Part shown: in pieces, positions 12,976-23,801 of the stretch
Layout of the letters: each line of letters opens with the position of its first letter
How positions within the stretch are numbered: the first letter of the stretch is position 1
DNA from: Asterionella formosa
Taxonomy: Eukaryota
Direction of reading: 5' to 3'
DNA length: 40,281 nt
NCBI GenBank assembly: GCA_002256025.1
Contig: NKIB01014823.1
Location: 1-40,281 of the forward strand
The notes under the pieces: model-generated
What the model was told of the DNA's origin: nothing
Databases searched by the model: none
Seen by the model: the letters and a program-made list of their open reading frames with translations, nothing else
Position numbers and translations under genes: made by a program

Positions 12976-13544
12976 GGTAAAGTAAAATATGACAAGAATT
13001 TCTGTAGTATAAATGGAGCAAGAATAGTCACGCTTAAGGGGGACATATATATTCATGTACAAATTGAAAAATATCCAATGTAAGCCAGTCAGCAGTAAGA
13101 TATGTGCAACAATCTTCATGACTTTGAAAAGATTTGATCTTCATGGCTCGATACACTGAATCAAAACTGATTACTTATTCATTGAGTAGAGTGCATCGTC
13201 TAACATACACTTATAATTAGTTCTTGCATCAGGTTTCGATTGATAAATTACTAAAATATTTTCAGTCGGAAGATGGAAATAATGGTGGCTTACAGTTTTT
13301 AACTGGTAACAGGGTAGTCCTAGCATTCAGAACACAAATGCATCATTGAGGAGGATGCATTAAAAGCTTGATACAGGTGTTTACATACATGTATGTGGCA
13401 GGGGTATATTCTATAGCTGGGGGGGTGCATCATAAAACTAGCTACTGGTTCATTGGATAGCAACCATTGCTACCAGTACAACATAATTTTAGCTTAAGTA
13501 AAATGCTCTATACAATTAACATTCAAATGAATGAATTTTATGTA

Positions 13545-13830
13545 TACATGTAGCATCCGCAATCTTGTTGCTATCATTGTTGAGTTCATTCGTGACAAAC
13601 TTGAAATCGAAGTCCATTGCACAGCAATGAGTGCGAAATTGTTGTTGTAGCTTCATTGTAACTACTTTAGGATCTTACTTGAGACAGTCCTATACATTTT
13701 CAGCTTCAGCTTGCCCACTTTCCAGCACAAGATTTTTCCACATGAAACCATTGGTCATGTAGGTGTGGATCTGCGTGCCCAATACAAAATAGTTCATAGA
13801 TAAAACAAGAAATCATGTCCTCTCATGCCG
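13545..13830 (-). pseudogene. Degenerate C-terminal fragment of an IS630/Tc1-mariner-like transposase
   Basis: The minus frame with stops reads ..MKLQQQFRTHCCAMDFDFKFVTNELNN.., resembling the F(K/R)THRxAxDFD C-terminal motif I recall for this family. Recognition is from memory only. Confidence 0.35.
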
Positions 13831-14229
13831 CTTCCTGCGTTTACTGGTATTGCTGCTCGTCGTGGCAGGGACAAGGCTATTCGAAGCAGTGCTGGAGGTT
13901 GTTCTGTTGTTGGGTAAAATAACGACATGGTGGATGTGATATTGACATGCCAAGCAATAAACACGCAAAATATTACTGACAATGGGTTTAGGGTTTATGC
14001 TAATAATAGGTCTACGGGGTCTACCCTTTGGCCCCAAAATTGCATTCAGCCATACTGCATGAATGGGCAAGGATCAGGACGAAAGAAAGGCAGATGTGGT
14101 ACCCTGGTACCAGGTACTGGGCATCTGGTACCAGGGTACTGTCAGGTACTAGTTTGCCAACTTATCCCTCTCCCAGCAAGACAATCACCAAAAAATCAAA
14201 AAACAAAAAAAACCCATCTCATTCGCTCC

Positions 14230-14820
14230 ACTGCCAAGAAATACAGGGCATGCCCCAAGGACTTCAAGAAGCTTTCCTAGTAGGCTACTATCAAAGAGAA
14301 GCTCAATTGATATGGATCAAATTTCTGGGGCCCATTGTATTTTCTGATGTTTCCAACACATTCCTCACAAAACTGTCACCAGAGCAATGAGTGCTATTCG
14401 TTCAAGCTTTCTGGCATGATGTATGGCAAGCTGGGTTCAACACCTGCCCATGATAGCGAAATTCCGCTGGCTTCAGCAGCAGCGGCCTGTGATACCATTG
14501 CAGAAAATGACTGACCCAACAAAAATCACTGGATTCTATGCCTCTCATTTTTCTTCCTACTGAAATATGGATCCAACCATTAAACACAAAAGAGTACTAA
14601 CAGTTCTTGAGAAATTAAAAACATGCTTTCAAAATGCTATCCAGTTGACATTTGACTGTGTCCCTTCATTCATCATTCTAGCATTTCTTTCCAAAACGCT
14701 TTACATTCAAGGTCTTAATTTCTTCCAGGACAGGGCCTTTATCACCACAAATTGTGCCACAATCCACCTTTTGGATATCCCATGCATAATCTTTTATGAC
14801 CTGAAAATTTGCCAAATCCC
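14230..14820 (+). pseudogene. Possible degenerate tyrosine recombinase fragment (DIRS/Ngaro-like retroelement)
   Basis: Frameshifted peptides EQ*VLFVQAFWHDVWQ, DPTIKHKRVL, FIILAFL and KTLYIQGLNFFQD..IHLLD..IIFYDLK fall in the order expected for the YR core. The catalytic R motif is not visible. Confidence 0.3.
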
Positions 14821-15392
14821 TCTTAGCCACACTACCGGTACTTCCCCCTTCACATGCCCAGTTTGACAGGGAGCTTAGATAGTCAGTCGATCATGCCGGT
14901 GTTCACCAGGGTAGCATTACCGTTATGCATGAAGAAACTTACTTACAATTATGCTCTATGTATGTATAATACTTATGTATGAAACGGATGCGTTCGCAGG
15001 ATGATCATCTTTATGTATATATACAATTTATATAGAGAGAGATGATTTATCGGAATGTTAGCGAATGACCAATCATGTGATGTTCTAATTATTCAACAGA
15101 CCAACGCATAGGTACCAGGGAGTATATACAAGGAACTGCACTCAACGCCAGCACGCCACAGTGGATGGGAACAGGTATTGCCAAGCAAGAATCAACAATT
15201 AGCTATTTACTGATGTGTATCGTATCATGTACTAGTTGCATTACGCAGTATTTATTACTATAGTGAAGGGCATCATCACATTTCCCCTCGCTAAAATACC
15301 GTCCTTCATTCTTCATCCATATACCGGTATTGTGGGGTACTAGTACCATCGTAAGTAGAATAAAGGTAAGATCACACAATCAAAAAGCAATC

Positions 15393-15764
15393 ATGGGACG
15401 AGGAGGCGACGCCGTTGACGAGGAGAACATTGCCCTTTGTTGCGCAGTTTGTTGCGCAAACTGCGGTTGCTACAACGATGCTGATTGCATTGGCTGCTCT
15501 GGCAAAGCAGGACTTTGTTGCTTAAACTGCGCGTTTTGCTGCAAAGCTGGTGCTCCCTGCCTTCCATGTTGTTGCTGTGGACCCACGTGTGAGTGCGATG
15601 GATGCTCTGTCTTTAATGTCCAGTGCCAATGCATGAGCTTGGTTGTAAGCGCTGCTCTTCCCTGCAACGAGGAGGTGCCTATTGCAGTTTCCGTCCTTGG
15701 TTTGACCCTTTTTCCCAAATGCGGTTGCTGTGTCTCGATCAAGAGTATCAAGATGGACCGTTAA
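15393..15764 (+). CDS. Small cysteine-rich protein, paralog 2 (123 aa, 27 Cys)
   Basis: Intact ORF MGRGGDAVDEENIALCCAVCCANCGC...PKCGCCVSIKSIKMDR; homologous to paralogs 1 and 3. Confidence 0.88.
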   Translation: MGRGGDAVDEENIALCCAVCCANCGCYNDADCIGCSGKAGLCCLNCAFCCKAGAPCLPCCCCGPTCECDGCSVFNVQCQCMSLVVSAALPCNEEVPIAVSVLGLTLFPKCGCCVSIKSIKMDR

Positions 15765-15786
15765 GCTCGATGAATGCCTCAGTATC

Positions 15787-16349
15787 NNNNNNNNNNNNNN
15801 NNNNNNNNNNNNNNNNNNNNNNNNNNNNNNNNNNNNNNNNNNNNNNNNNNNNNNNNNNNNNNNNNNNNNNNNNNNNNNNNNNNNNNNNNNNNNNNNNNNN
15901 NNNNNNNNNNNNNNNNNNNNNNNNNNNNNNNNNNNNNNNNNNNNNNNNNNNNNNNNNNNNNNNNNNNNNNNNNNNNNNNNNNNNNNNNNNNNNNNNNNNN
16001 NNNNNNNNNNNNNNNNNNNNNNNNNNNNNNNNNNNNNNNNNNNNNNNNNNNNNNNNNNNNNNNNNNNNNNNNNNNNNNNNNNNNNNNNNNNNNNNNNNNN
16101 NNNNNNNNNNNNNNNNNNNNNNNNNNNNNNNNNNNNNNNNNNNNNNNNNNNNNNNNNNNNNNNNNNNNNNNNNNNNNNNNNNNNNNNNNNNNNNNNNNNN
16201 NNNNNNNNNNNNNNNNNNNNNNNNNNNNNNNNNNNNNNNNNNNNNNNNNNNNNNNNNNNNNNNNNNNNNNNNNNNNNNNNNNNNNNNNNNNNNNNNNNNN
16301 NNNNNNNNNNNNNNNNNNNNNNNNNNNNNNNNNNNNNNNNNNNNNNNNN
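15787..16349. other. Assembly gap (563 N)
   Basis: Run of N. Confidence 1.
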
Positions 16350-16441
16350 TTCACTCACACACCGAACACTGTTGCCACGAATCACAACAATTATGCTTTA
16401 TTACTTCATTACCATGAGGAGATCACAATCAACAAGCAATC

Positions 16442-16816
16442 ATGGTGGAAGGAGGAGATGACGCCGTTGACGAGGAAAACATTATTCTTTGCTGCGCTTT
16501 TTGCTGCGCAAACTGCGGTTGCTACAACGATGCAGATTGCGTCGGTTGTTCTGGGAAGGTTGGACTTTGCTGCACAAACTGCGAGTTTTGCTGCAAAGCT
16601 GGTGCTCCCTGCCTTCCTTGTTGTTGCTGGGGACCCAAGTTTGAGTGTGATGGATGCTCTATCTTTAATGTCCAGTGCCAATGTTTTAGCTTGGTTGTGA
16701 GCGCTGCTCTTCCATGCAACGAGGAGGTGCCTATTGCAGTGTCTGTCCTTGGCTTGACCGTCTTTCCCAAATGTGGTTGCTGTGTCTCGATCAAGAGTAT
16801 CAAGATGATGCGTTAA
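16442..16816 (+). CDS. Small cysteine-rich protein, paralog 3 (124 aa, 25 Cys)
   Basis: Intact ORF MVEGGDDAVDEENIILCCAFCC...SIKSIKMMR. Shares the 5' flank (caatcaa.aagcaatcATGG) and the 3' TTAAGCTC with paralog 2. Confidence 0.88.
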   Translation: MVEGGDDAVDEENIILCCAFCCANCGCYNDADCVGCSGKVGLCCTNCEFCCKAGAPCLPCCCWGPKFECDGCSIFNVQCQCFSLVVSAALPCNEEVPIAVSVLGLTVFPKCGCCVSIKSIKMMR

Positions 16817-18814
16817 GCTCTACGTTATGGAATTGAGGACTACCACAAGAATACCATTCTCGTTGGGTAGTCTACCCCTTTTCCAGCTTTTAATATAGTA
16901 GACTTTGAGCCATGTACAAGAAATAACCAATATCATTAGGCTATGTAGTCTTATATGCGGGAGTCTATCTAGGTCAGCAGGGTTTCCATATTTATCATTA
17001 TATCTGGTATTATCCCTCATCTTAGTTCATAGATGTATTTACTCGCCATATCATAGCATAATTATTATTGGCGCTGTTGGTGTTGTTGTTGCTGTGTTTC
17101 TTGAGAGTACTACTGCCATCGCGATTTGCCTCTTTTCATTCCATGTCATCATAGATTGGTTCATATGGTGGTTCTGCTGTCAGGATAAAGTATTCCACTT
17201 GGAAATCAATTGTTGTATAATCGTTTTTCTCCATTCTGGCAGTTTTCATTAAATTGTGAAATGCTGATGTAGGTGCTTCATTTCGGCTATGCTCTGTAAC
17301 CATTGTATTGTTAGGGGGGAAGGGGTCCGCCATGGTGGAGAGGAGGCACCCCTTGGCCAGAGCACAACATAGTCTCACCCCGAGACTCCTGGTACACTTT
17401 AATTGATAAAAACTTAGTATGCTTTTTCACTTTCCGCATTTGCGGAACTATATTGGTTTGAGGTTGCATTCAACTAATTTATGTTTAGAAGCTTACAAAT
17501 CACGATTATATTTGCAGCTGACTGTGAGATTCAGCACAAGTTCAATTCCAGGAAGAAACAAAGTTCTCTGACAATATGACAACTCATCCTTGAAGGTGAA
17601 ATCGAGGATGGCTTGTTTGATTTTTTCACGAGCCAATCATTCTCTTCAGTCTTGGGTTCGAAAACATCTCGTGGTGAGGAAAGAATGTCTGAGGATATTT
17701 GGTGCAAGTGGCAGGAAAATAAATTGTGCAACGCAATCTCCTTTAGTCCTCATATTTCTCAAGGTTTTCACACAACATGCCTGTCACCAAAACTGGCAAG
17801 GACTCATAGATGTGGCTGTATTGCAATTGTCACAGGCTTGCACAGCAGCCATATCATCCTTGCAACAAATCATCCAATGCATGATGGCAAAAATTGAAAT
17901 TGAAGGAATAGATTTACCTGAACAAAATACATGCTAGTCTGCTGACAGAGCCCAATGGATACTAGTATGTATACTCAGTCTGCATGACATGATATATTTG
18001 TTATTTTATTTCCAGCTGCTACGTATATTTGTATATTCCTGTTCAAATAAAATTAGATGCTCGTTTCTGGCCTGTTGCCATTGAATATCCATGTCACAAA
18101 ATCATTCACTGCGCTACAAATAGGTGATACAATTTTATGTGGAGAATGGAGTTAATTCAGTTCAAATCGAGTTACTGTTGCTGATAAATTTTCAAAAAAC
18201 TTCAAATGAGGTGAAAACCCGATGAAAAATGAGAAGAGCGGCTCTGAGGCAGAATTTATCGATTGTTCTGATAACTTGCTAACTCTGCATAGTTTGCACA
18301 CTGAGAGAGTAATTCGATCTCTTCCACCTGAGCTTGAGTCAAAGTGCCCAAGTGTGGAAAAAAATTTGAGAAATCATGTTGAGGGAGTGAATCTTTCAAA
18401 ATAGTCAGCCTATTTTACTCCATATGCAACTGCAAGCCAGGGAAATCAAATGTGTGTTGATTGTAACACGATGACTGCTAGTCACCACAATTGCTTACAG
18501 TGGCTGTGGCAGAGTAGTTTTTCCTTGTCGATCAAATAACGTTATTTTGATCTACAGATTGCATGGTACTGTGTACTAGCATGCTATGCATTGCACAGAT
18601 CAATCAAAAGAACCAGGAAGATAAATATTCATAGATAGTATCCACCAGCATGAGGTCTTTCCCACCACTTGCTATGGGGATCACTCATAACATTTAGTCT
18701 CTCGATTGGCGCAATAGTAACATGTAATTCCAACAAATCATCAACAAGTTTGTTTAAAACACAATGATCTTGTATGCTATTCCCATTCCCAGATTCCAGA
18801 TTCTCACCCGTAAA

Positions 18815-19085
18815 TGTTTATCATCATGTTGGGTAGTACTATGCAGCAAGTTCAAAATACATCTTCAATATGTTTGGGCATTGTCAAGTGATTCCATCTC
18901 TTCTCAATCAGCCAAGAATCCTTCTTGATAATATCAAAGGTGCACTCAATAACTTTCCCGATACTAGTCTCAACCATCATTCCAGGAGACCTTTTTTGTT
19001 ATTCTCATCACCATACTTGTTAAGAAATGTCAATTGGGACATCGTTGGTGGTAGCTAATAGCCTCCATCTCATGTGAAGTACTAC
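18815..19085 (-). pseudogene. Degenerate PIF/Harbinger transposase C-terminal fragment
   Basis: The minus strand gives DGGY* and, after a frameshift, MVETSIGKVIECTFDIIKK..IEDVF*TCCIVLPNMMI. This matches the Harbinger DxGY..ESxRKDVECTFGILK..TCCxLHNM pattern. Confidence 0.6.
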
Positions 19086-20879
19086 CCAATGCAATTGATT
19101 TTTACTCCGTTATTTGCTGGTAAGTGTATTCCAAGATTGTGACCCACCCAAAATGAAATCCATTATTTATATTTGTCGCAGCAGGCAGCAGCATCGAATT
19201 TGACAATTTTTTTCATTCTTTGTAACAATGAAGGTAGTAGCTGATCGATAATATCTTCCTCCAGTGGTAGGATACCACTTCAAAAAAACTGACAAAGGAG
19301 ATCCCTTAGAACTCCTGGCTCTTGTATACATCTCAATTGAAGAAAGGGCACATGTTACAAAAAATTCTGCGAACGCAATCAGCAGGAAGCAAGACCAAAC
19401 GAATTATAACCAGATTTACTCACAGATGGCTGCTCACCTTCTAGCTCGTCTTTTTGGCACAGAAAAATGAATCAAACAACATTGTTGCACAATTCAGGAA
19501 TTGGTTTTCAATATGCACTTCTTGGGAAATATCAGTTTGATTTACAGCACTTATAGATTTGAAGCACCAGCTGAGGAGAGATCATGATGACGCCTGACAT
19601 GTACTACAGTCACCGTTAGATGTATTTCGAGCAAATGTCTTGTAATTAGCTTTGCGTCATGTAAAAATTTGGCAATAATTGGTTGAACGCAAGCACTAAT
19701 ATATCCCAATGCAGATCTTACCCATCATTGAGTACAAAATGAAGAATATTGAAGGAAGTCACAGGAACAATCATCGTGCCCATTGTGAGGATGAGACGAA
19801 CACCACCAATGCAACAGAGCAAAGCATGGGTGATAAAGTCGTTGCTCCATTGTCTATTTATTTCTGCACCAATTCAGAATCATACAAACGATTGGATATT
19901 TCGCTCGATGAATACACTGTTGTTTTCACAGCACCGGCCGGTATGCAGAGTGTTACCAATTTTCAATAGAATTATCTAAAGCACAAAGCATTTTCAGTGA
20001 TAAATCTTTTCAGTTTTAGGAAAGGTGATTATGAAAGGCAGTTCCATACTTTTCAGAGTGACATGGACACTTGTCAGCCAAGAAGGAAGGAACTGCATGG
20101 TGATGGTTATGTGTGTTGCGACCATTATATGGGCAGGACTCATGCCATGTCTCATCGCTACATGGAAGAAGGCGTTCTCAGCTCATTGGATGAATTTTGT
20201 TGGAAACAGAAGGTCCTGTTCATCCACTTGGCTGCTCGGCTCATTGCTTTTCCTTGTCTTATTATTGTTTGTGCAAGGCAGAATAACGGGTAAATACATT
20301 CTTTGCAAAAAACTGTCTGGAAATACACAAATCATCAGTCAGGGGAAGTAGTGTTTACATTTTAGCATCGAAATTTTTAGTCGCCTAAAGAACAAGAAGC
20401 ATATTGTTGCATATCTATATGTATGTTTATACGTAACTTTGAAATGACTTAATCACAATTCCATAGGAATATGAACCACCGTTGAGGCATTTTCATGCAT
20501 TTTGAGCTGTTGCACCCTTTCTGAGATTTCATTTTCTCAATGTTTCTATATTTACAGTTGATAGAAATGATTATCTAGCAAGCATACTAAGTTTATCAAG
20601 CTAGCTACTATGGATTCAATGGTGTGTCTACTTTGGTTATATATTGTTGAGCAAATGTTGACCAAAACAAATTCTATTCTCCAGTCATTAATAACACTTA
20701 TAGTATGCTCGATGCTCTGTCACCATGTCCACCACCTATGATGTGTTGTTCCTTGCACCTCTGACACAAATTTTTGGATGAATGTCATGCTCAGAGAATG
20801 TTTTGTGAGGTCTCCACTGTCTACTAGTAGTACCACAAATCTCCAAGATTCTGTTTGGTCATTGACTTGGTCAAGGATA

Positions 20880-21790
20880 NNNNNNNNNNNNNNNNNNNNN
20901 NNNNNNNNNNNNNNNNNNNNNNNNNNNNNNNNNNNNNNNNNNNNNNNNNNNNNNNNNNNNNNNNNNNNNNNNNNNNNNNNNNNNNNNNNNNNNNNNNNNN
21001 NNNNNNNNNNNNNNNNNNNNNNNNNNNNNNNNNNNNNNNNNNNNNNNNNNNNNNNNNNNNNNNNNNNNNNNNNNNNNNNNNNNNNNNNNNNNNNNNNNNN
21101 NNNNNNNNNNNNNNNNNNNNNNNNNNNNNNNNNNNNNNNNNNNNNNNNNNNNNNNNNNNNNNNNNNNNNNNNNNNNNNNNNNNNNNNNNNNNNNNNNNNN
21201 NNNNNNNNNNNNNNNNNNNNNNNNNNNNNNNNNNNNNNNNNNNNNNNNNNNNNNNNNNNNNNNNNNNNNNNNNNNNNNNNNNNNNNNNNNNNNNNNNNNN
21301 NNNNNNNNNNNNNNNNNNNNNNNNNNNNNNNNNNNNNNNNNNNNNNNNNNNNNNNNNNNNNNNNNNNNNNNNNNNNNNNNNNNNNNNNNNNNNNNNNNNN
21401 NNNNNNNNNNNNNNNNNNNNNNNNNNNNNNNNNNNNNNNNNNNNNNNNNNNNNNNNNNNNNNNNNNNNNNNNNNNNNNNNNNNNNNNNNNNNNNNNNNNN
21501 NNNNNNNNNNNNNNNNNNNNNNNNNNNNNNNNNNNNNNNNNNNNNNNNNNNNNNNNNNNNNNNNNNNNNNNNNNNNNNNNNNNNNNNNNNNNNNNNNNNN
21601 NNNNNNNNNNNNNNNNNNNNNNNNNNNNNNNNNNNNNNNNNNNNNNNNNNNNNNNNNNNNNNNNNNNNNNNNNNNNNNNNNNNNNNNNNNNNNNNNNNNN
21701 NNNNNNNNNNNNNNNNNNNNNNNNNNNNNNNNNNNNNNNNNNNNNNNNNNNNNNNNNNNNNNNNNNNNNNNNNNNNNNNNNNNNNNNNNN
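20880..21790. other. Assembly gap (911 N)
   Basis: Run of N. Confidence 1.
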
Positions 21791-21913
21791 CACCCTGGTA
21801 CTGAACATGTTACAGAATATATACTGGTAATGATATTGCGATGCAGTTCGAGCCTTTTTCTGCAGGGGAAGAGGGAAAGGAAGCGATGACGATGTGGCGA
21901 GTGGCGGGCCATC

Positions 21914-23296
21914 ATGAAGTGCAAGAAACTACTTGTTGCCTTTGCGTATGGCTTCCTTGTCTTTCAAGCCTACCAGCTTGTGATTATGATGCTTTCCATC
22001 AATTGTACATTGCGTTTGACCCCAAATGTACCATTTGGTTCTCTGTTTCGCTTGCCACGTTGGGAGGACGGTGCAGTCGTGCCTGTGGTAGGTGGTGAAG
22101 GCGAGAACGATGTACCAGAATGGATCGACAGCTATTTCGCCTGGCATCGAGAAATGAGGCATAAGTTCCCTGATCGGCAACTGTTTGAACATCCTGATGC
22201 ACCAAATCTTATTGTCAGAGTCTGCACCTTGAAATGTGGGGGGCTCAACGACCGCATTACGGGCCTTCCACTTGACCTCTATGTAGCTAATCTTACTCGG
22301 AGAGTCCTCCTTGTGAAATGGACACACCCGATGGCCTTGGAAGAATTCATGGTTCCCAGCAAAGTCGACTGGACAGTACCATCAGGAGTAGGTTTCGACA
22401 CCGCAAAACAAATCGATTCGATTCCTTCATTCACATTCTATCGAGGTGGTGGGCAAATGGTGATTGATGCTGTGGAAAATGCTTTGACCGGGGATCTTTC
22501 GACTACTAAGGTGTTCACGTCCTCGTGTCTCGCGGGCAACGTTCTTATGGAGTCCCTAAATGTCCCGCCGGCTTTTGGTTACATTTTCAATTCATTCTTC
22601 AAACCGAGCCCACGAGTGCGGACCATTATGAATGAAATTGTTTCAAAATACAACTTACGAAATGGAATGTACACTGCTGTGCATTGTCGTGTCCGCCATC
22701 CAAAAGGAGTTCCCCGCTGTCAAGGCCTTGCAGGTCGCGAAGGAGGTCAAGCAGACAGTTCTGGAATTTCGTTTCAACAAAACTTTACTTTGGGACATTG
22801 TCATCCAAATGAGACGGGTCTCTTGATTGGGAGATATATGGACTTTGCTGTCAATATTGCCACTCATGCCATAGACTGCGCACATTACATATCACAAAAT
22901 GTCTCCGATGCCATTTATCTCTTTTCCGATTCAAACGATACCTTGGCGTTCATGACGGGAGAAGAGTCGCCGTTTGCTGGGTCTGGTGTGTCTATTGCGT
23001 CCAGCTATTCACCCGCTGTGAATGTGCTACATATCGATAGGCAGCCAGGTCACAAGGCATCCGATTACTATCCTGTCTTTGTGGACTTATTTCTTGCTGC
23101 CAAAGCAAAGTGTGTGAGTTATGGAGTCGGAAATTATGGGCTGCTGGCTGCAAAGATATCTGGCACAAAGTGCAAAATTCAGCATCGCGATTTCATTTGG
23201 GAGACAGGCCCAATACCAGAATCAAGGAAGGGGAGTCAATGCCCGCCGTCGCCACATCGTGCGAATTGGACGATGATTAGGAAACAACGAAAGTGA
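21914..23296 (+). CDS. Fucosyltransferase-like GT-B glycosyltransferase, type II membrane, 460 aa
   Basis: N-terminal hydrophobic anchor. Motifs CGGLNDR, YTAVHCRVRHP (VHxR-like), IYLFSDS and DLFLAAKAKCVSYGVGNYG resemble the three shared motifs of alpha-1,2/1,6/O-fucosyltransferases. Coding status is strong; substrate specificity is uncertain. Confidence 0.65.
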   Translation: MKCKKLLVAFAYGFLVFQAYQLVIMMLSINCTLRLTPNVPFGSLFRLPRWEDGAVVPVVGGEGENDVPEWIDSYFAWHREMRHKFPDRQLFEHPDAPNLIVRVCTLKCGGLNDRITGLPLDLYVANLTRRVLLVKWTHPMALEEFMVPSKVDWTVPSGVGFDTAKQIDSIPSFTFYRGGGQMVIDAVENALTGDLSTTKVFTSSCLAGNVLMESLNVPPAFGYIFNSFFKPSPRVRTIMNEIVSKYNLRNGMYTAVHCRVRHPKGVPRCQGLAGREGGQADSSGISFQQNFTLGHCHPNETGLLIGRYMDFAVNIATHAIDCAHYISQNVSDAIYLFSDSNDTLAFMTGEESPFAGSGVSIASSYSPAVNVLHIDRQPGHKASDYYPVFVDLFLAAKAKCVSYGVGNYGLLAAKISGTKCKIQHRDFIWETGPIPESRKGSQCPPSPHRANWTMIRKQRK

Positions 23297-23801
23297 TTAC
23301 AACACATTCGTATCACAGCCGTCAGTCACAAATCAACGACTAAATGTCCAGGCCTACTTAATGGTTAGAATAATATAGAGTGACTACCCATAGATCGTCA
23401 AGCTTGTTAAACAGGGACACTGATAGAATAGCTAGACTGAGAACGTCACAATGCAGGCGCATAGAACTTTGGATGCCCGTGGTGGCCACTGTCGGCTTGA
23501 CAATTTTCTGATCCTCACTCCCAAGGCCGAAATTTTACCAGCTCCCCGTGAACAGTTTCCTTCGGTTGAAATAAGGAAAACTATCATTCAACCACAAAAT
23601 GTTGGTCGTGGAGGCGAACAAAAATGAAGCAGACTGCCTGTTTTGGACGAACGGATTGACAAGTGGAAACGGGCGGAAATAGATTCTAGAGGAAGGAATT
23701 GTCCTTGATCATCTCGAATCACACATACCCTGCATTCATTTGACAAACGGCTCGTAATTCATCGCTGACAATGGAAAGGAATGAACTGTCATAAGTAGGA
23801 T

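Noticed and set aside
12585..13083. ORFs of 153, 90 and 65 aa over the GC-rich insert
   Set aside because: They cross the TSD boundaries and have no recognisable motifs; better explained by a non-coding retroposon.
19709..20351. Overlapping short ORFs as a spliced gene
   Set aside because: No consistent frame, splice model or family motif.
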